Source: Octopus bimaculoides
Taxonomy: Eukaryota
Assembly (NCBI RefSeq): GCF_001194135.2
Contig: NC_068982.1
Location: 120,461,001-120,506,343 of the forward strand
Length of the DNA stretch: 45,343 nt
Direction of reading: 5' to 3'
In this document: positions 1-12,289 of the stretch, piece after piece
How the letters are laid out: the number at the start of each line of letters is the position of its first letter
Numbering within the stretch: the stretch's first letter is position 1
Position numbers and translations under genes: made by a program
Notes under the pieces: generated by a model
Seen by the model: only the letters and a program-made list of their open reading frames with translations
Database searches by the model: none
Told to the model about the DNA's origin: nothing

Positions 1-146
1 ATCTAAAATTTCTTAAAGGTGGTTACCCAGCATGGCCGGCTGCAGTCTAATAACTGCAGCAAGTTAAAAAAAAAAAAAACTCTGGGGTCGATACGTTCAA
101 CTAAAGATTTTAAAAACGAAAGATATAACCGTGAGGCTCTTGTCCC
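1..146 (-). mobile_element. Fragment of the same SINE-tail-carrying foldback element as 17858-18910, in reverse orientation
   Basis: TATAACCGTGAGGCTCTTGTCC (about 125-146) matches the inner end of the TIR at 17890-17912 and 18794-18812. The adjacent CTGGGGTCGATACGTTCAACTAAA and CCCAGCATGGCC..GCAGTCTAATAACTG pieces match that element's internal SINE tails in the same order. Confidence 0.55.
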
Positions 147-489
147 TATCCCGTGCAGGAATTGATGTAAATTAAGCGGTATTTTACAGCTATTTCTGTC
201 ACGTTGAGCAACTATATTATTGCTCCCTCGTTGATATGTATTAGATATATCCCTGGGTGATGCTTTTTGATTTGCACTGGTTTGGATGCAATTGAAAGAG
301 TAAATAGAAATAATTAAAAAATGCTTCAGAGTGTATTAAATTGTTAGAGACTTTTTTTAAAACATCATCCCCACATTTTTTACATTGTACTTTCTACATT
401 GAATATGAAATTTCTATAGTATTCAAAAACTCTGAAACACTTGTAATTTACGTTTAAAAAAATATTAGAATAAAATTTAAACTATGCAA

Positions 490-977
490 TCTTAATATAA
501 ATTTGAGTGATGTTTCTCTGTCCATTAACTCCTCCTAAACTGTTAGTGCAAGGACAACGAAACTCAAACCAGCGACTCCCCTAATCCCAGGGAATGTCCT
601 AAGGGAATGTTTTTTTTTTAAGGGCCACCTAATTAGGGCCCCATTGCACCCCACCTATTTTTACTGCATTTTAAACCAAATACTTGGCATTGGTGACCAA
701 ATCGGAGCAATGACAATGAATTTCATACCATGAACTGCCAGGGAGTATTGTAAGAAGGTTCAATTTCCGAAGGGCCGTTTAAATGGCGCCCCCACTGACC
801 CCTCCCCTATTTTTAATGCATTTACCTCGCTCCTACGCTTATTGATTAAACTATGATCAGCATCAGTGCTTAGCACATTTGCAGAAATAAGTGTCATCAC
901 ACAAGGGTAGAGGGCTACGAAGCGGCCCGATAGTAGGCCGAAGGCATCAAAGGTGCCCTCCGCAGGAGCCAGGTTAG
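490..977 (+). mobile_element. Non-autonomous Helitron-like element (degenerate)
   Basis: 5' end A|TCTTAATATAAA. The 3' region has GC hairpins (GGGCTACGAAGCGGCCC, GGCCGAAGGC) and CCCTCCGCAGGAGCCAGGTTAG|T, a CTRR-like end with one mismatch. Confidence 0.45.
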
Positions 978-3900
978 TTTATTAAACTTCTCTCCTCCTC
1001 TTTTATGGTGCCTTTGGAACAGCAACCACCACTGAATTGATATTGTTCTCTTTTCTTTTCTTTTTTTTTATTTTTTCGTTATTTGTAATCATTTTATTGT
1101 ATACCGCATTCTGAAACATTTGTAATTTGTATTAAAAGAATCCTCCTTCATTGNNNNNNNNNNNNNNNNNNNNNNNNNNNNNNNNNNNNNNNNNNNNNNN
1201 NNNNNNNNNNNNNNNNNNNNNNNNNNNNNNNNNNNNNNNNNNNNNNNNNNNNNNNNNNNNNNNNNNNNNNNNNNNNNNNNNNNNNNNNNNNNNNNNNNNN
1301 NNNNNNNNNNNNNNNNNNNNNNNNNNNNNNNNNNNNNNNNNNNNNNNNNNNNNNNNNNNNNNNNNNNNNNNNNNNNNNNNNNNNNNNNNNNNNNNNNNNN
1401 NNNNNNNNNNNNNNNNNNNNNNNNNNNNNNNNNNNNNNNNNNNNNNNNNNNNNNNNNNNNNNNNNNNNNNNNNNNNNNNNNNNNNNNNNNNNNNNNNNNN
1501 NNNNNNNNNNNNNNNNNNNNNNNNNNNNNNNNNNNNNNNNNNNNNNNNNNNNNNNNNATTCTAAGTATTTCAGAATATGGAACGATGAAAAAGAAAACGT
1601 CGTTTAAGTGGTAGTGGATATCCCAAATGCACGAGAGTGGGGGTGGATGCTGAAGTTTAAAATAAATGAATTGTCTTTTCTTCTAAAAATGCAGTGTACA
1701 TGTACTTTGGTATATGGATTTACTATAACATGAGGGAAAAAAATTATTGGTTATCGTGAAAGTACAAAGAGCGAGAAATAGGCATCTATTTAAACATTAT
1801 GGATTAGAATATTTTTTAGATTGGTCCCTCCACCATCACCATTTTTTGCGTAATGCAAAAAATTAATTTGAAAAACCCCGGCCAAAACGGAGAAATTCCA
1901 ACTTGCGTGGGACAGTTATTCTAGAAAAAGAAAAAAGTCAGCAAAAAAACGGTAAGTTATGGAAAAGAAGAGTAAAGTAAAATTTAAGAAAATGCTGGCT
2001 GAATAATCTCAGATTCTTAAAATATGAACCTGAAAAAACTTTTTGAAAGCGTCAAAGGTAGGAGACAAATCGGGAGGTGGATGTCATCCACTCACAATTT
2101 TTTTTTCTTTTTAGTTGGAAGAATCGTAATCTACAGGGCTTGAAGCATTTACATCTGTAAACTTGCTGTTTTTAGCGGACTAGTAATTTAGCCGACACTA
2201 TGCCATAGGAATGTCTGAAGTCATTTTATTCAGCTAAAGTTTTCGACTTGAGTATTATCGGCATAAGGATGAGTGTCTGTATATATATTCCAAAAGGCGA
2301 TTGCCATTCTTGAACTAAACTATACCATAATGCACTAAAGATTTCATCTTCCTAATACTTTTTAAGCCCATAATGAGTAAGACGGTAATTTGAGAATTGA
2401 GCCGCCTACTTAACCCAAATATACGAGCATGCTAGTGGTAAGTTAAATCTACTGAACATCCGTCAGTGAACCTGGAACTTATTTGAGTGGGATTCTTCTA
2501 CAATTCAATATCGCAGGAAACATTGTTAAAACTTTATTCCTTAAAACCAAAGTACAATCGATTTCTTGTCGAGTTCGAACTTTCATATAGTTTTTTTTTT
2601 CTCTTTAATTAAGACAGCGTTCATTTGAAATTGCGTCAATTACCGTAATTGATAAGATGCACTTGCTTTTAAACATTTTCAAAAACTTGCCCCGGATCCT
2701 ACATGCAAAGTTGGGCCTCACACAAGCTAATTTTGTTCCTGATGCTGAAGGGGTGCGTCTAATGTGACCGTGCGTCATTTTTGCCATCAGATACTGCCAA
2801 CCACTGGGTCTATAAATTGGTGGGATTAAACTATCTACGTAAAACTGCTGTCCAAGGAAAAAAGTCTCTACTAGCAATGCACCCGGGTGTTATGACCTAT
2901 AGCCACATTGTATTATTTGTTCCTTTCTTGCGAGCAGAATCGGCACACCAGGAGTATGAAGCAAACAATTCCTGTGATTTAAACAAAAGGCCTTTATTTT
3001 TGAGGTACAGTGGTTAGTTGGTACTATTGCCTGCAATACTTAAATGGTGCACACACACACACGCAAATTTTGTTTTATATATTAAAATAAACAAAGTAAT
3101 TAAAAGAAATATAATCAATTATTAAATGGCACTACACAAGATGAACATGATTTATAAAAGTTAAGCGTGTATGACTTAACTTTTAATCTTTTAAAGTTTC
3201 GGTACATTTTAATATTTGAATCACCTGAACTCTCGTTTGGAAAGGTTTAGACAGCATCTTTTTTTTTTTTGTACGGCGTTTCCTTGCTCTTGGGAAATTT
3301 ATTTTGATGGCATTTTGATGGTTAAAATGTTGGAGAACTTGTATCCAAAGTCAGTTATTTGACATGGCTGTTACTGTGATTGAAAATGATGTTACGTGAA
3401 GAAAAAAAAACGCACATATTCAATTTCTTACGCAAAGTAAGGCAATAAAACAAAACAAACAGTTATTTATTGACAATACATGACACATACAGATTGAAAA
3501 CCCCTTACGTAGTATTGTAGTATTTCATGTATATTCAGTATTTTTAATGTTGATGACTAAGACGAATGATTTATAGATGGTCAAGGTGCGTGTAGTGTGA
3601 CCATCTATATCGACTCATATCAGAAGGCTGAACTAATACATATAATGTGCCAGTTGGAAAAGAGAGAGACACAACAGTGTAGAATGCATATGAAAGATTT
3701 ATTGATATATTTACATGCATCTGTTTGGGTTGTATGTTTGCTGTTAACCATGGTGAAGTAGTTCACGAACAGAGCTATGTTAGAACCTGTGCAGTGTACG
3801 TAGAGATGTAGGTGAGAGACATGGTGGTGGCCATGAAGATGGAGGTCGCTGTGACACTGTTGGACGGGTGTTGTTTGGCGCCGTCGCCGGAACTGGCTGT

Positions 3901-5579
3901 GTCGTCTGGTCAGTGGCTAGGCCTTAGAAGGTCTGGAACCAAAGTTATTCTTTATTTCCCACAAGGGGTAAACATAGAGGGGGAAATACAAAACGTGGGG
4001 ACAAAAAAAGAATGAAAGAAAAATGAGATGAATTTGAAAATGAAAAGATGAAATTAAGCTTTTCGGCCCCACCTCTGAGCGACTTAATTTAATGTTAATA
4101 CGACCTTAATTCGATTCAACTCCGTCTTTCTGTAGAATGTCAATTTTGTAAACCGTTTGGTGATCACGATAGTTTATATACTTTGGTACCTGACTGGTGT
4201 CCATTGTTTTCTCCCAGTATTCAAAGTCTTCATTGTATTTAAATATTTTTGACATTTGATCCTGGTTTGCCAGTACACAACTATAACGCCATGGTATCCC
4301 AGCATATTATGTCATATTACCTGTTATTGCGTCTATCTCGTTGCAGAGTTCTGTATTTGAACCGTCGTATATTACTACGTGTTTTATTTTTTTACAGGCC
4401 GGGGAAGGGAAAGTTTTGGGGCTCTTGTGTGTCTGCGTTTTTCTTTGTGTCGTAAGTAGGTGGGGACGTTTGGCGTCCGTAGGGGGAGNNNNNNNNNNNN
4501 NNNNNNNNNNNNNNNNNNNNNNNNNNNNNNNNNNNNNNNNNNNNNNNNNNNNNNNNNNNNNNNNNNNNNNNNNNNNNNNNNNNNNNNNNNNNNNNNNNNN
4601 NNNNNNNNNNNNNNNNNNNNNNNNNNNNNNNNNNNNNNNNNNNNNNNNNNNNNNNNNNNNNNNNNNNNNNNNNNNNNNNNNNNNNNNNNNNNNNNNNNNN
4701 NNNNNNNNNNNNNNNNNNNNNNNNNNNNNNNNNNNNNNNNNNNNNNNNNNNNNNNNNNNNNNNNNNNNNNNNNNNNNNNNNNNNNNNNNNNNNNNNNNNN
4801 NNNNNNNNNNNNNNNNNNNNNNNNNNNNNNNNNNNNNNNNNNNNNNNNNNNNNNNNNNNNNNNNNNNNNNNNNNNNNNNNNNNNNNNNNNNNNNNNNNNN
4901 NNNNNNNNNNNNNNNNNNNNNNNNNNNNNNNNNNNNNNNNNNNNNNNNNNNNNNNNNNNNNNNNNNNNNNNNNNNNNNNNNNNNNNNNNNNNNNNNNNNN
5001 NNNNNNNNNNNNNNNNNNNNNNNNNNNNNNNNNNNNNNNNNNNNNNNNNNNNNNNNNNNNNNNNNNNNNNNNNNNNNNNNNNNNNNNNNNNNNNNNNNNN
5101 NNNNNNNNNNNNNNNNNNNNNNNNNNNNNNNNNNNNNNNNNNNNNNNNNNNNNNNNNNNNNNNNNNNNNNNNNNNNNNNNNNNNNNNNNNNNNNNNNNNN
5201 NNNNNNNNNNNNNNNNNNNNNNNNNNNNNNNNNNNNNNNNNNNNNNNNNNNNNNNCCTTTCAACTTGTGTAGTTGTCATCATCTCGATCTAATTTGTTTC
5301 CGTGGACTATGTTCTATATAATATCGTTTTCTCTTTAGTGTCCTTCATAATTTCTTGGGATGGGGGGGGGGACACCTTTACTTCGCATAGGTCTGGAACC
5401 AAAGTAATTCTTTATTTTGGCACTATGGCCATAACACAGAGGGGACAGCACTAGGACACTACAGTGGCGATATAAAACACAGAACGAACGAATGGATGAA
5501 TTATAATAATGGAGGTGAAATGGCTGCATGCTCCCCACTCGGAAGCAGTATCATTTTAAATGTTTTAATATCTTTCTTT

Positions 5580-5951
5580 TTTCTCCTTTTTGGACTAGCA
5601 GTATTTTGATGTCACTAATCCATAATCTACGCAGAGAGGTACTTTCTTTATTTGGAATAGACTTAGCATTTACAATTATCTGCTTATCCTATTTCCTGGT
5701 GATAGTATAGTCTATCTGACTCGTTTGCTCCTCTGATTCGAAGGTGATCAAATACCTAGCTTGTTTCCTGAAGTATTATAGATGCCGATGGCATTTGCAT
5801 CACAGAACACTGGCAATCGCGATAGCTTCTCATTTCTCGAACTATACTCATAGCCACCATGTACTCCAGACAAGCCATCATGGTGTTGTGTATTGAAATT
5901 GCCTGCTATTGCAATGAAGCCGCCATCATCTTTCACTCTGGTTGACTGCAA
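5580..5951 (-). mobile_element. RTE-clade LINE remnant, apurinic endonuclease region
   Basis: Minus-strand translation gives GFIAIAGNFN (AGDFN motif), GVHGGYEYSSRNE and, after a frameshift, LITFESEEQTSQIDYTITRK (SQIDY motif). Stops and frameshifts are present. Confidence 0.7.
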
Positions 5952-6562
5952 GAAGACCCCATTAAAGGTAGTCTATTTCGTGTAACTCTTGCCACGGAGA
6001 GTGTTGAAACCAGTATTTACAAGCCAAATAATTATTTGTCAGTTTTACACATAACCTAACAGTTTTCTCGTGTTTCAGCAACGTTGTTTATATTTAATGA
6101 AATTCCTTTTATGGATAAGTTTCGAAGTAACGTGGGTTCTGATGGTTCAGTGAAGTACCATATACAAAATGTAAGAACTTATTTCTTCTTATGGCACACG
6201 AAGTCATTTTATTTTGGTAAATATTATCAGTATTAAGTTTTGCCGGCAGAAATGATAGAGATTTGTCCTGGCAGTTAGTATTGCTATGTTAGAGTTATCT
6301 CCCTTAACACTCTCGTTGCACAAATCGGTTTTGCTCAAGGAATTTGCACGAGTTAAGAAAACGAACATTAGCGATAATATTCCATAAAATCATTCATTTA
6401 AAAATGTGTTAATTATATTTTAAACTTCTGATCTTTAAGCAATAGTAGCGTGTAGGGTCTCTTTTTACGCGCGTGCTCACTCACACATACACACAAGCAC
6501 AAACACGCTATGTGGCTTAGAAGTTTGCTTTTCAACCAGATGAATTCAAGTTCAATCTCACT

Positions 6563-6690
6563 GTGCATACATATATATAAACATATATATATATATACAT
6601 ATATATACACACATATAAATATACATACATATATATACATATATATATATCCATAAATACACACTCATATATATACATACATATATATAT
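6563..6690. repeat. (TA)n/(TACA)n microsatellite
   Basis: Direct reading of the sequence. Confidence 0.9.
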
Positions 6691-7122
6691 CAAAGTAGTA
6701 GTGATCCCAAAACGATGGTACGCGTGTGTAAGAGAGTATGTATGTGCGTGTGAAAGAGGGCTGGTGATCTTGACGTGTGCGTTTGTGCATGTGTTTGTGT
6801 GAAAATGTGGGGATGGGAATTGGTCAGTGGTGGTGTGTTGTGTGATATGGTGTCGTGTGGTGTGATGGTGTTGGGAGGTGGGGCATATGGGTAGGCAAAG
6901 GCTGGGGGTAGAAGTATATGTGGGAGAGGGTGTAAGGGATGGGATGGAGTGGGATAGGAAAGGTAGGGTAGGAGTGTGTAGAGGTGAGGTGGGCTTATGA
7001 GGGAGGGTTGACGATGAAGGGGAAAGTGAGAGAAGAGAGTAAGAGAGAAGAGTAGGGGTGAAGAGAAGTAGGTGTCACTTTGGTGAATGGGAAAAAAGCA
7101 GCTTCTACTAGGTGTTCTAAAG

Positions 7123-7168
7123 ACACACACACACGTGTGTGTGTGCATGCATCTCTCTCTCTCTCTCT

Positions 7169-7202
<34 letters not shown>

Positions 7203-7215
7203 CATGTGTGCGTAT
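7123..7215. repeat. Compound (CA)/(GT)/(CT)/(TA) microsatellite
   Basis: Direct reading of the sequence. Confidence 0.9.
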
Positions 7216-7344
7216 ACATGTTCCTTCCTATACAATGCCAGGTGCTCCAGCTTGTAAAGTTATGTTTTCAATAAATTAGAATGAAAACCCTTTCTGCTTT
7301 CTTTGTCAGTGACAATATTTTCTTTATTAATAATGATTTGTGAT

Positions 7345-7792
7345 TTAGACAAAAGGCCTTTATTTTTGAGGTACAGTGATTAGGTGGTACCATTGCCTGC
7401 AATACTTAACTAGTGCCTTATTTCATTGACCCTGAAAGTATGAAAGTTAAAGTAAATTTTGGCATGTTTAGAACTCAGTATGGAAAGAATTGGAACAACT
7501 ATTGTAAAAGATTTTTTACGACACTTTACGGATTCTGCCAGCTCATTGCTGTTATGAACAATGATTTTCGTCAATAATAATCCTTTCTAATATAGGCACA
7601 GGGCCTGACATTTTGAGGGAGGGGCTAGTTGATTATATTGACCCCAGTGCTCAGCTGGGGCTTATTCCATCAATTCCTGAAGAATGAAAGGTAATTTCAG
7701 CCTCGGTGGCCTTTGAACTTAGAATGTAAAGCAGGAAGAAATACTACTAAACATTTTGTCCTGTGTGTTAACGATTTTGCCAGCTCGCTACC
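7345..7792 (-). mobile_element. Two tandem, CpG-decayed copies of the tRNA-derived SINE seen more intact at 37899-38119
   Basis: Both copies (about 7345-7555 and 7577-7792) align to AATAATCCTTTC..GACCCCAGT..GAAAGG..GAACT..GCCAGCTC of the 37899-38119 copy. Confidence 0.7.
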
Positions 7793-9549
7793 TCATTTTT
7801 GATAATAATAGTATGCTTTCGTTGCATGCGTACAATACGAAGGGAGATAACTCCGTTTAACTGTTTCAGTAAATTACATTTCGTTTGCATTTGTGTGCGT
7901 GCGTGCGCGCGCTTTTCTTCAGTACGGCAAAGTCTTATTGTCAATACAACAGAACCAAATGGTTTGAGTCCAAACAGCTGTGCAGAGTGACATACCTAAG
8001 AGGATGGTTTCAGTAAGCTGAATGAAGCACATATTCTACTACAGATGTTGGGAATAGAATTGGAATACAACTAGTATAGCTTTCACCAGTCAGCTGACTT
8101 GAAGTGCTACAAAGTCTAAGAGATGATAGTAGTTTGCTGAGATGTGGTAGGTGTTCATGCTAAGCAGTGATGGTAAATTGGTTGAAGCAGCTGTATTTCG
8201 AGAAGTGGTGGATAGAGACTTTGGCAACTATATGTCGTTCAGCATCATCATTTAACGTCCGTTTTCCATGCTGGCATGGGTGAGAATGGAATGTACATAA
8301 ACACAGATACAATGTTTCAGAGTTGTATAGCCTGGACAGGAGATTTGAACTAGTGATCAGAAGCAAGAGATTTGCATCCTAAAGAGAAATAGGACATGTG
8401 ATTTGTGTGTGGATAGAGCATAAGTTAGATTTAGAGTCCAGGGAAAATTGTTCAATGGATTTAGTGTTAGATTTTTGTATGAAGAAAAGTGTAAAATGTG
8501 ACAGTTTAATGCAAGATCACAATAACAATAACCCCAGCCAATTAGCAAAACAGCAAACTATTAAAGTGGGTTTCAGAATAGGAGACAATATAGAGATACT
8601 ATGTTTTGTACAATAACTATAATGTTGGTAATATAGCAGATTTATGAAAACAGATTGAGTCATAAGTTCTCTTATTTCTCTAAATTTTCTGTGAATGCTG
8701 AGTGCTACAGACATCTTACTAATTCTAGGTGCTTTCATAGTTCATGTCAGGTGGTAGGTAAAATCCTGCTGGTATGTAGACGATTTCTTATTTTGAATGT
8801 TTTGAAACTGACTGTAAGTAGCTTCTAGCACTCTTCATACTTCATTGAGATGTACCATGAGATCAAATTTATTCTGTAAATGACTCTTTAGATCACAGCT
8901 TATGGCTCAGAAATATTTGATAGTACAGTTTCCATGGCATTGATAGCAATTAGCCCAATGCCATTGTCACATTCTCTCTCAGAGCCATATGTCGATGTGC
9001 AGAGAGCTATAGTATTCTTCCCCTTTTCTGATCAAAAGTAATGCACAAAGAAATTTATAAACTATTCTCTAGGAGCATTGTAAGATAAAAACAATAATAG
9101 AAAATGACCAGCCAAGTTGTTAAACTGCTATTAACCATATACTATATACACATAAGGTGGGACTTTATTAGAATGTTGGATAAAATGCTTTGTGGCATTT
9201 GTTTCAGTTCTTTACATTCTGAGTCCTACCAAAGTTAACTGTCACTTTCATGTGTTCTGAGTTGGATAACAATAAAGTACTAGACAAGTACTGGGATTGA
9301 TTTAAGGAATTACTGATCTTCGAGAACATGGATTGGCTACCATGGTAGAGGGGAGCTCAGATCCCCACCCAACCACAAAGCTTTGACAAAAGGTGAAGTA
9401 ACACAAGAGACAGAGTATACTGCCTTAATGGTAGACATATTCTCTCGTTCATTCACATATTTTATCTTTCCATAAAAGCAAACTCCATAGAAAAGAGATA
9501 ATGCAAATGAAACAGAAGATGTACATAATATCACATATTGAAATTATAT

Positions 9550-10785
9550 AAGAGAAATACCGAGATAAGGAGGAGTTGTACATGTGCTTCATAGATCTGG
9601 AGAAGACATTTGATAAGGTTCCAAGGAAGGTGATTGAGTGGGCCTTGAGGAAGAGAGGTGTACTAGAGATAATAGTGAGGGCAGTAATGAGTTTGTATGA
9701 TGGGGTTAAGACAAGAGCTAAAATTGGATCTGAGCTGTCAGAGGAGTTTGCAGTGAAAGTTGGTGTGCATCAGGGATCTGCAAGAGAGAAATTGATAATG
9801 GAGATACTGTATGTGGATGGCCTTGTTCTGATGACTGAGACAACGAAGGGATTGAGGGAGTTTTGGAAATGGAAGGAGGTGTTTGAAAGCAAGGGTTTGA
9901 AGGTAAACCTCAGGAAGACAAAGGTGATGGTGAATAGGGTGGAAGGAGAAGTGTTAGTGAGCAAGGTGAATCCATGTGATGTATGTGGGAGGAGGGTAAT
10001 GGCAAATACAGTGTTGTGTACAAGATGTGAGAAATGGATTCATGGTAGATGTACGAAAATGAACAAAGTGACCCCAAGACTGGCAAGAGAATTTGTTTGC
10101 AAAAGATGTGAGAAAGGAGCTGGAGGGCTGGCAGAACCAGCAGAAATGTTACGTGATGAGGTGGAAATGGTGAGAGGGTTTTGTTATTTGGGAGATAGGG
10201 TGAATGTAAGTGGTGGATGTGAAGCAGCTGTGACAGCAAGAGTGAGACTTGGCTGGGTGAAGTTCAGGGAATGTAGAGTGTTGTTATATGGGAAAAGGTT
10301 CTAACTGAAGATGAAAGGAAGGGTCTATAGGAGTTGTGTGAGAGCTGCAATACTGTATGGGAATGAAACATGGTGTCTGAGGGAGAGAGAGATGGCAATT
10401 TTGAGATGGACCGAGAGAGCAATGGTGAGAGAGATGCGTGAAGTTGTTTGATAAGAGGAGGACTGAAGACTTGATGGGGATGCTATGGTTGGAGGAATCG
10501 GTGGAACAGCGGGCAAGGGTGAATGCAGTGAGGTGGTATAAGCATGTGTTGAGAAGGGATGAAGAGCATGTTCTGAGGAGGGTACAAGAAAGCAAGGTAA
10601 ACTGAGGAAGACATGAAGGGGACAGGTGGAGGAGGAGATTGGGAGAGTTGGCTTGAGAAGGGAGGACGCCCAAAACCAGGCAAGATGGTATGAGGGCGGT
10701 TGCTATGGCATTGAGGTAGATATAGCCATCCCCATTAACGGGGACAAAACTCGGATTTAAAACACTGGATGATGATGATGATGAT
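9550..10785 (+). mobile_element. 5'-truncated RTE-clade LINE: RT with internal PHD-like C4HC3 finger, (GAT)n tail, inactivated
   Basis: ORF 9576-10304 has FIDLEKTFDKVPR and GVHQGS, YADD decayed to YVDG, then CDVC..CTRC..H..C..CKRC followed by FCYLGD. The 3' end is ACACTG(GAT)6. There is an internal deletion after GVHQGS and in-frame stops downstream. Confidence 0.9.
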
Positions 10786-11266
10786 TGAAAGCTCTTTTTG
10801 ACTCACTGCATTGGTTATATTAGCTTGCACTGAATTTTCTTTTTAATATTGTTGACTTGTTATTTAATTCTAGGTCATCATATGCCTGATACTGCATTAT
10901 CTAGTGCTCTACAACCAGTTTCTATACATTGAAAATATGCAAACATCTACACACCTGCAGAATTCTACTTACCACCAGAGTGGCATGGACTATGAAAGAA
11001 ACTAGAAGTGTAAAATATCAGTAACATTTAACCATTTACAAAAATTTGGAGAGGTTGAGTCTTGAATTTCTTAATTCAAGACTCAATCTCTGTTTTTATA
11101 AATGTACTGTGCTGTACTATAATGTGTCATAGTATGTGGCAAAAATATAGTATCTTTTTATTGGTCTCTTAGTCTGCTGTAAATAGCTGTAGAACACCTT
11201 TCAAATTATACCCTATCATCTTAAAACTGAAAAACACTGTTCTCTAAGATTTTCATAATTCAAAAT

Positions 11267-11705
11267 GCAGTGCCACATAAAAGTGCCCATGTGGTGACAT
11301 ATAAAAGCACTTGTGCAGCAACACATAAAAGTGCCCATGCAGCAACATGTAAAAGCATCTATGCAGTGCCATTTAAAAGTGCCTGTGTGGTTCCACATAA
11401 AAGCATCCAGCACACTCAGTGAAGTGGTTGGCATTAGGAAGGGCATCCAGCTGTAGGAACCAAGCCAAATTAGACTGGAGTCTGGTGCAACCCCGCCAGC
11501 TTGCTAGTTCTGGTCATACCGTTCAACCTATACCAGCATGGGCAACAGGCGTTAGATGATGATGGAAATGTAAAGCATTAAGAAGGACATCCAGCAGTAG
11601 AGACCATGCTAAAACAGACATTGGAGCCTGGTGCAGTGCTCTGGCTTGCCAGCCCCTGTCAAGCTCTCCTCCAACCCATACCAACATGGAAAATAGACAT
11701 TTTAA
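11267..11705 (+). mobile_element. SINE-like repeat with six 24-bp tandem units and a duplicated 3' module ending in (GAT)n
   Basis: Units of the type GCAGTGCCACATAAAAGTGCCCAT run from 11267 to 11410, then GGTTGGCATTAGGAAGGGCATCCAGCTGTAG...CCAGCATGG...GATGATGATG, then a second partial copy of that module. Confidence 0.65.
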
Positions 11706-12289
11706 TTAATTAGAGTTGAACTAGGATTAGGCAAGCACACCATGGAGAACATGGGATAAAGGCAACAACCCACTGAGAACTTTAATGTTCTGTTGATAAA
11801 ATAGTAACAGAACATCAGGATCTTTATTGTTTTGTAAATGAAATGGCAACTAATTATTGAGATATTTCATGATCTGTGATAAAGTAGCAATAGAATAATG
11901 TGATCTTCACCAGGTCACTCAGTGATGCAGTTTAATTACTGTCAGTAAAACAATACTACTGGATTGCTCCATCTACCACATATGTAACAAGGTCTAGAAG
12001 CTTCTGTCTTTAAGTATGGGTAAGTTATGAATAAAGATAGTTTGTATGAAACAATATTTTGTTTTAAATTTTACACTTTCAAAGTGTTTTTGGTGGCGAA
12101 TCAATATTGAAAAGGATCATTTATACCAATCAATAAATATGACTAGATTTTATTTAAAATAGGAATGTAAATATTTTGTCACAAATATTACTAAGGTTTT
12201 ATATGCATTTTTCAGTTATTTATTATATCTGTTTGTATTTATAGATGATTTCACCAGATCATCTTCATAATATATATTCTTTTTTTCTT

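Noticed and set aside
6413-7274. ORFs rich in YI/CV/HT and the Pro-rich 181-aa ORF (6690-7235)
   Set aside because: They are translations of microsatellites and of a G-rich low-complexity tract. The same applies to the ORFs at 26336, 27232-27514, 31229, 32319, 32858-33404 and 39357.
6097-10903. Possible selenoprotein: the spliced frame MKFLLWISFEVTWVLMVQ-TGA-STIYKI...SSYA-TGA-YCII has two in-frame TGA codons
   Set aside because: There is no resemblance to any selenoprotein family I know, and I could not fold a SECIS (AUGA/AA/GA) in 10900-12140. The TGAs are most simply stops.
11267-11410. Regularly spaced repeats suggestive of a CRISPR array
   Set aside because: They are contiguous 24-bp tandem units with no unique spacers, in a eukaryotic SINE context with no cas genes.
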